A stretch of DNA of 63,932 bases, counting the filler, from Octopus bimaculoides (taxonomy: Eukaryota): assembly GCF_001194135.2 (NCBI RefSeq). It is 6 parts of 5 records of this genome, joined end to end, with 100 filler letters (N's around TTAATTAATTAA, not from the genome) between each part and the next. Parts side by side here need not be neighbours in the genome. Positions count along the whole stretch, not along the records: positions 24,259 to 44,203 come from NC_068982.1; positions 44,304 to 56,687 come from NC_068985.1; 4 more parts are not named here. One strand, 5' to 3'. Made by a program: the position numbers and the translations under genes. This document shows positions 39,330-51,439 of this stretch, piece by piece (position 1 is the stretch's first letter; the number at the start of each line of letters is the position of its first letter). The notes under the pieces are model-generated. The model did no database searches and was not told where the DNA came from. It saw only the letters and a program-made list of their open reading frames with translations.

Positions 39330-39515
39330 GGTTGTCTACTCCTTATGTAGAGTCTGACCACCTCTTGTACTACACTTTAGATCCATCATGGTGTCTGATG
39401 TGGCTTTTTAAAACAGGCAATATATTGAAAAGACATCCACCTAGATTTGCATATTTAATTTGGACCACCAAGAGCTGTAGTTAAGTTCTGATCTTTGTGG
39501 ATCTTAAAACGTCTC

Positions 39516-39707
39516 ATTGTATCAGCCTCTTTTGCCGAACTGCTGCGTAACGAGGAGTTAAACACACCAACACCGGTTAAAAAGCAGTGTTGAAGGACAA
39601 ACACAGTCGAACATATGTATGAATGTCCTTCAACACCGCTTTTTAACTAGTGTTTGTGTGTTTAAACCCCCGTTACATAGCAGTTCGGCAAAAGAGGCTG
39701 ATACAAT
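39516..39707. repeat. Near-perfect inverted duplication of a SINE-A tail fragment (84-bp arms, 24-nt spacer)
   Basis: 39516-39599 pairs with 39624-39707. Confidence 0.9.
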
Positions 39708-39826
39708 AAATATCGGGCTTAAAGTAATGGGGTTGATTAGTTTTGACTAATATATTATATATGTATAATATATATTAGTCGACTAATATGGTCGTGTGTG
39801 TGTATTATATACACACACACACACAC

Positions 39827-39877
<51 letters not shown>

Positions 39878-41352
39878 ATACATATATATAATATACATAA
39901 ATATACATAATATAATATATAATGCACACACACACACACACACATACATTCAAAATGTTATCAACAATTAATGTCTTTTCTGTTTTTTGTCTTCCTTTCT
40001 ATGATATTTCTCTTTAGACGTTAAGATATTAAATTCGTAATAAAATATTTATAAACATCTATAAAATTGCATACAAATACACAATCTTAACGTAATTTTT
40101 AGACATACCAAATTTCATTTATACACACACCCATACACATACACACTCACATATGCACACACCCATGGTGGAAGTATCCTTATATGATATCTTGAAAGAC
40201 ATGCACCGGTGCTCCAGCATGGCCGCAGTCAAATGACTGAAAGGAGTAAAAGAACAGAATATAATGCTTCTTTCTACAGGTAGGACTCAAAGTATATACT
40301 GCTATAAACATTGATTTCAAAATTTGGCATAAACTCAGCAATTTCAAGAGAGTAAGTAAGTCAATAAGGTTAAAAATAAAAGTCTTTGAATTGAAAAAGT
40401 CGTTGGCTACCTAAGGAGCACGAACACACATTTTCTGTCAGCGCAATTCTGTCAGCACGCCGCTTTACATAGTAATATATAAATATTGGTATAAAATTCT
40501 GGCACACAGCCAGCAATTTTGGAGGAGTAGTTAAGTTGATTACATCGACCCCAGTATTCAACTGGTACTTATTTTATTGATCCTGAAAGGATGAAAGACG
40601 AAGTCAACCTTGGCGGAACGCAAAGACGGACTAAAAGCTGCTAAGCATTTTGCCCGGCGCGCTAATGGTTCTACCAACTAGCCACCTTATATAAAGCTAT
40701 AAATGTCGGTTCTAAATTTTGCACAAGGCCAGATCTTTCGGGTGGGGTGGGGGGTAAGTTAGTTACCTCAGCACCATTGCTCAATTGAAATGCCACTAAG
40801 CATTTTGCCTGGCGTGCTAACGTAAAGCTCGCCGCCTTAAATAAAAAGCTATAAATATTAGCACGTAAAATATTGGGTTAAACATTCCTTTGGATTGAAA
40901 GAATTCGAAAGCCGCCTATGGGACGCAAAACCAAATCTTCTGTGAACATGACAGATGCACTACCATTATACGTCTTCCGTCCAATGTGATATTAAATCAG
41001 TATTCCACATGCTATTATTTATAATTTTATCTACTTCGAGTCCTATTGTTAAAACGATTCATTTCATATCTCACGAAGTTTCTAAGTTGTTATGATGTAA
41101 ATAAATGAATGTCCGTTTTGTCAACTAACATGTATCTTGAAGTACATGGTGTGGCTATAAATAAGACAACAATACTTTATTTTCATATACATGAACTGGA
41201 AATATAATCAACAATTATTTTTTTTTTCCTTTTTATTTTCTTCTTTCACTTTACTCTTTAGGTCTTTTTTAATGTCAATAAATTTGAATTCAGATTATTA
41301 TAAACAACTCTAAAATTGCATTCAAATATTATCCAATTTTAACGTAAGTTTT

Positions 41353-41730
41353 GAGTGGCTGAGTGGTAAGAATCTTGCTTACCAACCACATGGTTCCGGA
41401 TTCAGTTTCACTGCGTGGCACATTGGGCAAGTGTCTTCCGCTATAGCCTCAGACTGACCAAAGACTTGTGAGTAGATTTGGTAGACGGAAACTGAAAGAA
41501 GCCCGTTGTATATATAGATATATATTTGTGTGTCTGTGTTTGTCCCTCCACCATCCCTTGACAACCGATGTCGGTGTGTTTACATCCCCGTAATTTTAGC
41601 GGTTCGACAAAAGGGACCGATAAAATAAGTACTAAGCTTACAAAAAATAAGTCTTGGGGTTGATTTGTTCGACTGAAGGCGGTGCTCCACCATGGCTGCA
41701 GTCAAACGACTGAAATAAGTATAAGAATAA
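41353..41730 (+). mobile_element. Full-length tRNA-derived SINE, family A
   Basis: A-box-like gtggctgagtggt, B-box-like ggttccggattca, conserved body, an internal TA/TG microsatellite and an A-rich 3' end. Fragments of it recur throughout the window. Confidence 0.9.
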
Positions 41731-43742
41731 AACAAATATTAAGTTTTGTATACACACACGCATACGCACACACTCTCACAAATCTCTACTCAGAGATAAA
41801 ATCATACGAGCTTTCTTCAGTCGGTGAGATAAATATCAGAATTATTAGTTATTTTCTTTAGAAAGCGCTTGACAGACGCTCTATTTATAATTTGTATCAA
41901 CATAGCCTTTTAAGTGTTATACGCCCCTCACTTATTTGAAGATTATTAATGCATTTAATCATATTTTATTTCTTGTTTTGAATTCGTTTTACTTACTTCT
42001 TCTCATTCATTAGAATACTATCGCTAAACAGAATTAATCATTTAGTACTTTAAGCGAAGAAAATTTATAAATGTGCGAGTGCGAAACTTCGAAGTATATA
42101 TTATTTTGACTTTGCAGTCCGTGTTATCTTTTATTTAGTGTATTTTGTGTATACTCAAGATGATAAACACATACAATGAATGATTATATATGCGTGCGCA
42201 ACCCTCTCTTTGCTGAAGTTTATGTTTACGGTATAAACAACAATGTTTTTGATGCGAATAATAGGTGCTGGTTATTCGCTGTGCCGTAACTGTATTGGTG
42301 AACGAAAATCTGTTTCTTGGCTACATAAAGAAAAAACTGAACAACATCAGCAAATGTTTAACAGAAAGTTTTATTGTCGCGCATAAAGACAATCTGCGTT
42401 GACCATTTACAGTAAACGACAGTCATAATTATAGGCTGAGAGAGAGAGAGAGAGATACTGCTCTGAGATCGCAGAAAGTTATTGGTACTGCAACATGCTG
42501 TTTGCCCAACGTGTCTGAAATCAACTGCACTCTCTTCGTGGTGACGCAGGTCCTGGATCATCAGTCCTAGCCCATCTTCGTTGGCTGTCTGCCTAGTAAG
42601 AATGAAGACACATGTCACTCAGTTGCCTCAACATTCTGCAAAGAGTTTACTTACCAAAGTGGTCTTTTAGAGGGTACAAAAAGAAGATTTTAGAAGATTA
42701 AATCACGCCACAGGTTAACGCTGGCTGGTTGTTTAATAGGCCGATCACGTGAAACGTAAACCAGATGTCACTGGTTTACTAAGTGTCCGGTGGTCTACTT
42801 TTAATTTATACGTTAATTCAATACATTTTTACGCCTGTTGGAATATTAAACAATATCTAATTGTCTTGTAATTAAGCACCTGATGATGTATTCTGAATAT
42901 AATGTAAAACCTTGTATCGTTCATTTATTCATTACTGAAATACACGTAAGAGTAGTGAATAAATGCATGAACATATCCCCAGACTTGTTGTTTCTATATA
43001 CCACTGTGTTCAGGTTATCGAAGGATAAGCGCAACAGAATATTATCTTTTACCTTTTACTTGTTACCGTCATTAAGCTGCGGTCATGAAGGGGCATCTGC
43101 CTTGAAGAAGTTTGGTCGGATATATCGGCCCCAGCATTTATATTTTCAAAGCATGCTACTTTATTCTATCAGACTCTTTCGTCGAAACGCTATTTTACAG
43201 GAAGGTCTAGTCGCGGTGAGGAACAAATTCGGATACAAAGATAATAATCAAACACGCGTAAAAATATATTGAATAGACCAATAAATTTATCTTCTCTCAC
43301 CGTATCTCTCTTCCTACGTGTGTGTGTGTGTGTATGTGTGTGTGTGTGTGTGTGTGAGAAAATATATACAAATATACACACGCACGCACGCACACACACA
43401 TACGCACACTCACACGACCGGCTTCTTTCAGTTTCCGTTCACAAATCCACTCACAAGGCTTTTGTTAACTTGGGGCTATAGTAGAAGCCACTTGCCCAAG
43501 GTGTCATGCAGTTGGACTGGATCCAAAAGTACGTGGTTGGGGAGAAAGCTTCTTACCACTTACCCATTCTGTTTCTCTGAGCAGGGATATCCTTCGAGCT
43601 ATAAAAGAATATACGGAATTCTAAACTATGGTTGTATGTTATGCTGTGTATATTACATGTGTGTGTGTGTTTGTTCTGTGTAAAATAGAACATTTAAAAT
43701 GATAAAGCATTAAATGAAAGAGCGCTCAATATGTTCAAATAG

Positions 43743-43965
43743 GTTAAGGCGGTGAGCTGGCAGAATAGTTAATACGCCGGATGAAATGCTTAGCGGCATT
43801 CGTCCGTCTACGTTCTGAGTTGAAATTCCACCGAGGTCGACTTTGTCTTTCATCCTTTCGGAGTCGATAAAATAAGTACCATTTGAATACAGGGGTTGAT
43901 GCAATCGACTTAATACCTCCCCCAAATTGCTGACCTTGTGCCAAAAGGTGAAATCAATATATTAA
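43743..43965 (+). mobile_element. Full-length tRNA-derived SINE, family B
   Basis: taaggcggtgagctggcaga...ctgagttgaaattcc.ccgaggtcgacttt..ctttcatcctttcgg.gtcgataaaataagtac...gccaaaa. Another partial copy lies at 44074-44203. Confidence 0.88.
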
Positions 43966-44203
43966 TATGTATCTAAATAGATTAGCACGCTGGACCAAAT
44001 GTAATCGACTTACACCCTCCCCCGAAATTGCTGGCATTGTGCTAAAATTTGAAATTACAATATTTAAATAGATTAAGGCGGTGAGCTGGCAGATTCATTA
44101 GCGCGTCCGGCGAAATGTTTAGCAGCATTTCGTCCGTTTTTACGTTTTGGATCGATAAAATAAGTATCAGTTGAACTCTAAGTTTGATGTAATTGAGTTA
44201 TCC

Positions 44204-44303
44204 NNNNNNNNNNNNNNNNNNNNNNNNNNNNNNNNNNNNNNNNNNNNTTAATTAATTAANNNNNNNNNNNNNNNNNNNNNNNNNNNNNNNNNNNNNNNNN
44301 NNN
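44204..44303. other. Artificial 100-bp scaffold spacer
   Basis: 44 N + TTAATTAATTAA (44248-44259) + 44 N. Confidence 0.97.
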
Positions 44304-44349
<46 letters not shown>

Positions 44350-44367
44350 GTGTATGTGTGCGTATGT

Positions 44368-44398
<31 letters not shown>

Positions 44399-45235
44399 TA
44401 TATGTATGTATTAAAGAAAGCAAAAAATAAAACAAAAAGATAGTGTTAAGTAGTTGGTTCAGTATGCTGGCCACAAGAATTTCTGTCCAGGAAAGTTGTA
44501 CATCATCTCCCTCTTTCTCTCATATACTCTCTCTCCCTCACTTATTATTACTCCCATTGCCACCATCAACACTACTATTAATAAAACATCGTTAACTCTC
44601 CCTAAATTTCTTTGTTTGTTTTTCTCTCCCTCTCTTTTTCTTTCTTTCTCTCTGACTCTCTTTCTCTCTGACTCTCTTTCTCTCTCTCTTTCTCCGCCAC
44701 CGTCCTCACCGTCACTATGCCTCTCCCGCCAGCACGAGGAAGTGTCATTGAATAGTGAGAGAGGGGGTCAAAGTGTGACACACTGACACATAGAAATTAG
44801 TTTTCGCATTTATTATTATTAGGAGTTTTATATATACTTAAACGCTCATTATTAGGAGTTTATACATACATTTTAACACTTTACAGTATACTTAGATATA
44901 TATACATAATTCTATACAATGATCTAAGACAATAGTATTATTAAAGGAAGTCCGGAATTTAAGAGAAGAGAAAACCAAAAGGTCTCATAATGTTCATTGA
45001 AGGATTTTATTTCAAATATTCTAATTTTAAAAACCATCTCCGGTTAATCGTTAAGAGGACGTTGGTGTTGCGTTGGCGGAGGTTTGCGCTCTTTGAGTGC
45101 TCTTATTATTATTATTATTATCATCATCATCATCATCATCATCATCTTCATCATCATCATCAACACCATTATATATTGTGTACTGTTCCGTGGTGGTAAG
45201 ATCAATAAAAAATGTACACGATCTTGTGAGAGATA

Positions 45236-45924
45236 GATATTATTTAATAAGCACGATATATGTTTTTTATGTGCTACTATTAGTTTTATGTGTTGAGAAC
45301 ATGCCAAACAATTGTTTTATAACGTTTGGTGTCCAAGCACAATCATCAGACACTGCCCATATAGCATAACGAACTTAAAATTGGACGAGAGCAGAAACGG
45401 GGAAAGCCGAGAAGGAAGTATATATAAAAAGTGGAAGGTTATTTCCCCTTATACTGTAAATTATAAGGCTGAAAAGATAGTAGCTTAGAGTTTATGGTAC
45501 AGATTTAATCCGGTGAGGGGAAATACTTTCTACTTCTTCAAGAGGAACTTAGGCGTATGCTTACAACCGCTGAAATTTTCGGATTTAGAGTTCAGCAATA
45601 AGTTAGAGATCTTACGTCAGTAAAGGATTTGAGATCTTTCAGCCACACATAGCTTACATTATTTTTGATCCGTTACTTTTTTATTACTCTTTTGGGGATC
45701 CGTTATTTTCTGATTATTGTTTCGTTTTCCAGTTTTTATATATACTTTCTTCTCGCCTTTTTCTCGCTTTTTCTCTCGTCCCATTTTTAGTTCGTAATGC
45801 CATGTGGGCACTATCTGATGACGGTACTGGGACACCAGACGTGTTATAAATCAATGTTTGGCATGTTCTCAGCCCATGAAACTAATAGTAGCACATAAAA
45901 CATGTGCTTATTAAATAATATATA
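45236..45924. mobile_element. Foldback element with ~200-bp inverted arms, each carrying a degenerate hammerhead core (probably inverted PLE pseudo-LTRs)
   Basis: 45236-45436 is the reverse complement of 45727-45924. CTGATGA at 45815-45821 (+) and at 45349-45343 (-). Confidence 0.7.
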
Positions 45925-47393
45925 TATCATCATATATCCGAAAAAGAAGCACACTCTAAGGCATAGAGCAGCAATGAGTTTATATGCAGCTAATTATATG
46001 TCCGGTCATAGAGTGACCAGTGGTTTCGCATCCATAAATCGCATAGCTTTATGGACGACTCGTCAGACTCTAATGGCGAAGTCCATATACCTCTTCAAAC
46101 GTTACGGTCAGTTAGTAAACAAAGAATAAACAATCTGTGTTGGTGAGGACGAGTTATTTCCCTTAGACCAGTTCAGTTGGCAGTCCATATACGCTAAAAT
46201 GGCAAGCAAGGAATTTCACCCTTAGGTTGCTTCTAGCCCGTAAGGACGTTTTCGGATCTAATCGATGAATGGGGAATCCCATGCTTGCAGCAGGTAGCGT
46301 TTGAAACGAAGGCAGGAGATATAAATCTCTTGTCGGGAATTTGATATTTCTGATTCCAGAGAGTCTTTGGGAATCCTTGCTCGCTCAGCTATGCAAAGCT
46401 AGCAGCGTCCGCTCCCGTTGATATAGGATCCCGACCGCTCTATGATTCTTCACTTGATATCGCTTGGGGTCCCTTCATCTTTAAGGTGCCACATGTGGCT
46501 TGCCAGGGACGTGACGAATCATATTTCCGGAATTCTGAAAAAGGACCTGTAGTTGTACAGGCGCCGCTTGAAGGCAGTTCTGGCTGACCACTACGGCTAG
46601 GGATGACTACTACAACGACGACAGCCACAGCGATATTGCCAGACCCGTAATTACTGCACCGATAACAGCTCCAATGACAGCAGCAGCAACAACGCCTCCA
46701 GGACCGGAGCAGCGAAAGATGCATCAGAGATGTGACCATAATCAGGTTCAGAAATATATCGGGAATTTTGAACAATGAACAGGTTGACCTATTTTGGCTA
46801 CTGAACCTGTTCATTGATCAAAATTGATAAACAATCCTCTGTTAAGCATCCTTTAATGTCATGATAGATTGCTTGATTGTTTGATGTATATATACATGCA
46901 TACATTCACAAAACATCTATGTAGATGAAACAATACCGTGAATTAAGTTGCAAAAATAATTTATGAACACTGTGTATAAACGTGTGTGTGTGTGTGTGTG
47001 TGTATTATTGTGCGCATGTGTATGTATGTGCGTATAATGGATGGGTGTAAAGGGACTTTTGTAATTCGCTTATGCAGCATTAATAAGGTATACACAACAC
47101 AGTAATTGAATTTAGTAAAGATATAGTTGCATGTGGTGGTGGTGGTGGTGCTGCTGCTGGTACTGGTGGTGGGGTGGGGTGCTGGTGCTGGTGATGGTTG
47201 TAGTGATAGCGTTGTTATGTGTAGGAGTTAGGTAACAGTGGCAGTAGTAGCAGCAACCTTAATCAGTTGTAAGAGGAAGTTAAACACACTACTTCTTCCT
47301 CGTCTGTCATTACCTAATCTGTGCTTCTTCTCACTGTCAGGTGTTTGGTTACATTACATCGTCTAGATTATTATTATTTTTATTATTGGACTG

Positions 47394-47570
47394 CGAGCTG
47401 GCATGCCGGGTAAAATACTTAGTGGCATTTTGTCCGTTTCTACGTTCTGAGTTCAAATTCTGGTGAGGTCGACTTGGACTTTCGGGGTTGATAAAATATA
47501 TACCAATTGTACCCTGGGTGGATGTAATCGATTAGTCCTCTCCCCACAAAATTTCAGGTTTTGTACCTCT
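47394..47570 (+). mobile_element. SINE family B
   Basis: gcgagctggca...ctgagttcaaattc...gaggtcgactt..ggggttgataaaa...ccccacaaaatt. Confidence 0.8.
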
Positions 47571-47574
47571 TGTA

Positions 47575-49915
47575 GACTACTCGATCCCAAACAGATGTGT
47601 TCGGCTTTTCATCAACATATCGTTCAGCTGTTCAGAAGCAGTGGTGGGCCATCGTTGAATGGACATCAGTGCCGACTTCAACGGACAGAGTGTTGTGAAA
47701 AGCCGCTGAAATACGGGGAGTGATGAATAACTGTAGGAGGGATAAATCGCCTACTTTAGATGGTTTGCTCTACGAGCTTTAGTCATGAGTCAGACTTGTT
47801 CGCTGACCTATAGGCAACAGAACGGGAGAATTACCAGAACGGTGGTGCTGCTGAGAAGGGACCCGAACAAGGAGGACTATATTGATAATTTTAGCCCCAT
47901 AACTCTGCAGAGTTCAAACTTTTGGCCAAGGTGTTAGCGACGAAATTGGCGCTTGTCATCAGTAGTCAGGTAGGGGAAACGCAGGCAAAAGCCATTTCAA
48001 AAAAGATCCATCTACGACCTTGTGCAATGCACCATAGAGAAGATGACTAAAGAACCTGGCATGGGTGGGGCCCTGTTCAACTTAGATCACTCGAAAGCTT
48101 TTGATAGGATCCATCGTCTATCATGGCAGCCGGTTTTCTGCTCGTATTCAGGAGATGGAACGTGACAATGCACAACGACATCTGTTCAGTGGTCAGAGTG
48201 AACGGTCACTTTTTGGAGCCGTTCAACATCATGCGCTCGGTCCATCAAGGTTGTTTCCTCTAATCCCTGTTGTACATACTGACCCTCGATCCACTACTAC
48301 ACAAATCCGGGACATTGAGGGGCAACGTGGAAGATCCATGTCGGCATATGCCGACGACATCACCGTAGTTATATCGAACACCAAACACATTAAGATAATC
48401 GGTACTGCTCTCAGAGAGTACGAAGCCGAAACAGGAGCGTAAATTAACCAGGAAAAGTCAGTGGGTTTGCGGTTCGGCACCTGGAGAAGCAAGTTCACGC
48501 TGACCAGTGAACGGACGGACCAATTAAATTGTTCGAGTTCATGTTCTGTCCGGACCTCCGCATGAACAAAAACTGGGACGAAGTAACGAGCAGCGTTGCT
48601 ACGCTCACTCAGAAATGGGACGAGAGAAAGTTAATCTTGAAGGGTCAGGTGGTGGCAAACGCGTACAACACGTCCTCTACTGCCATCTGACCGTCGTGCT
48701 TTGTCCCGGTCTCCGTCTGATTGCACTGGAGCGTTTACTCTTGTGTTTTGTGGAAGGGACGCATTCTGATAGTCAAGTGAGCCATCTGCAGTCAACATCC
48801 TCTACGTAGTGGACTGGGCATGATGATGATGATACGCAAACATCTGCTAATGCTAAGACATCTCCAGCGCTTCCTTGACTGTGAACAGGTGCGGTCGCTG
48901 TTCGTCGAACACGCGTTTCCCCAACTCGTCTTCTTGACGGGGTTACAACCCTGGATTCAGCAAAAAAACTAGAGAGAATACCTGGAAAGCGCTCACAAGC
49001 CTCCAGCCAATCAGGCACTGTGATAGGTGAAAAATCCATTTTAGCAACCTATAGAGGGTTAGAGAAGAGTAAAAGCGACAACGTTCTTAGAGAGATCCTG
49101 GACATCGAAGCTGATCAACTAGCCAACCTCTTCCAGAGTAACTTACAGCCCTGAATCGATGGGTGGCTTCCAGAAATCCCTGGCCTGACGGTGCTACCGA
49201 GGAGCATTGCTGGTTCGAAATAACTCTACAGACATGATTGAGCATGTCTGAGATACGCGCAGGGAGACGAAACCTTCTTATACACATTCGTTCAGTGCCC
49301 GAGTATTGCTGACCTGTGGGTTTGAGACGGACCCAACTATCAGCTGAGTTCATCGTGAAGATCGCCTGGCCGTCTTCTTTTTACTGGGAAGGGCAGCCAA
49401 TTTTTATAAGGCTGATGACCACGCCGAAAGAAGTTATATGGGGATGCGATTAAAGAGGCTGAAAACAAATACTTACCTCTGTGGCTAATCCCTCATCAGG
49501 TTCTTTAAGTTTCACTTGAAGAGGAAAATAAGGATGGAGAGGGAAGAGTTGTTTTCCCGCTATTTTGTTAAAAATTGGTTGAAAGTGGCGACATGGTCTG
49601 AGTGAACAGACCTGCCCTGACTATACGCTTGTAAATCGGAGATTAAGAAATGAGAGATGGCACTTACCTCAAAAGTCAAGGCAGCCGTGGTTTTATAAGT
49701 TTTTTTTTCACAAGCAGCCCCTCGAACGTCTCCCTATTGAAGAATTCTCGTTGCTAACATTCTTTTGTTACCTCCTTTTTTTTTATTGTTAAACCCATTT
49801 ACACGCAAAATCCACACACCAACACACACGCACACGCATACAGACACATTCAATGTTTTGTCCTGCACTGTCCTTAATGTTTTCTTAATGTAAACCCTTT
49901 GTGGTTAATAAAATC
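47575..49915 (+). mobile_element. Tx1/L1-clade LINE ORF2 remnant (RT + C-terminal zinc finger + 3' UTR)
   Basis: DKSPTLDGLLYE, DNFSPITL, FKLLAKVLA, LDHSKAFDRI, HQGC.LSP.LY, SAYADDIT (48347-48358), NQEKS and a C..ET..H.F.QCP-like finger. AATAAA near 49908. Confidence 0.9.
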
Positions 49916-50100
49916 ATTATTACGTTTATGTATTTGTTTTTCAAGATTCTTAATCTAAATGGAATAGTCAGGACAAGAGGAGATACTTGGGAGAAAAAGT
50001 TACTGAAGCGGTTACAAAATAAGAAGAAAGCTAAAGTAAAGATCAAATAAATAGTGCGTGTGTTTTTAATTGGTAAAAGACGACCATCCCCAAATATAAA

Positions 50101-50149
<49 letters not shown>

Positions 50150-50291
50150 CCATGCCGCCGACGTTGACTTTACCTTTCATCCTTTCGGGGTCGATAAAAT
50201 AAATATCAATTGATCTCTGGGTCGATGAAATCGACTTACACACTTTCCCGAAATCGTTGGCTTTGTGTCAAAATTTGAAACCATTATTAGC

Positions 50292-50325
50292 ATTATCATC
50301 ATCATCATCATTATTATTATTATTA

Positions 50326-50404
<79 letters not shown>
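50292..50404. repeat. (CAT)n-(ATT)n microsatellite
   Basis: Directly visible. Confidence 0.95.
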
Positions 50405-50405
<1 letters not shown>

Positions 50406-50415
50406 TAGTGGTATT

Positions 50416-50590
50416 TCGTCTGCCGTTACGTTCTGAGTTCAAATTCCGCCGAGGTCGACTTTGCCTTTCATCCTCTCGGGGTCGATAAATTAAGTACCAG
50501 TGACGAACTGAGATCGATGTAATCGACTTAATCCCTTTGTCTGTCCTTGTTTGTCCCCTCTATGTTTAGCCCCATGTGGGCAATAAAGAA
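50416..50590 (+). mobile_element. SINE family B variant (5'-truncated, low divergence)
   Basis: cgttctgagttcaaattccgccgaggtcgactttgcctttcatcc..cggggtcgataaattaagtaccag. Confidence 0.85.
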
Positions 50591-51439
50591 ATAAATATAA
50601 AAAATTATTATTATTATCATTTACACCCTTTCATTGTTGATTAAATAAGTACCAGTTACGCACTGGGGTAGATGTAACCAACTTGATCCCCTCCCCCAAG
50701 CTGCTCTTGTGGCAAAGATTTGAAATCATTATTATTATTATTATTATTGAGTGGGAGCGGTGCATGCCATCAAAGTGACACTGGGGTAAAATATACGAAG
50801 CCATCATGAATACCCGTCTGATAAGGGTACACCAGGCACATGCATCACAACCACATGTGTGCGACGATGACCTTGCAGGTGGGGCCTAGTTTGAATTTTC
50901 TTCAGGTCGAGTAGCCCATCCCGATCAGAAGGTCCCTGAATAAGGGTTGTTTAAGGATGTTGAACGAAACACCCATGTTTCCAAAGGTGAATTATCCAAA
51001 CCCCAAAGAATTCCTTTCAACATATGGCTATGATGCGCCCCCACAACTTCTGCTTATGATGGAGAAGTTGTGGCTCAAACTGCCATCAATTGCAATAGAA
51101 TTTGGTTGGTTGAAACTGGTCACAAGGTCAGAGTATCATATAATTGTATGAACGATAATTGTACCTAAATTTTTGGATGTATTAGATCAGTGAATGTGTA
51201 AGTGACAGTATAAACAACAATTATGTTATCTTTGCAGAATAAGTCGTGACAGTATAGAAGATAAGAATGTCAAGTCCGTGTTAATCCAATGAATGCGACA
51301 TGTTACAGTATGAACATGACACATTCATCGAACAAGTTGTCAGAATAACTAAAAATAGAGTGATAGCTTAATTGTTCATATACATAGTTGTCTATGTGTT
51401 TGTGGGTGAAATTATGAAGTACAATAGTGTAATGTCTCC

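Noticed and set aside
42880-42950. CTGATGA...GAAATACACGTA as a hammerhead
   Set aside because: A partial stem II and a GUA are present, but stem I does not pair; too degenerate to call.
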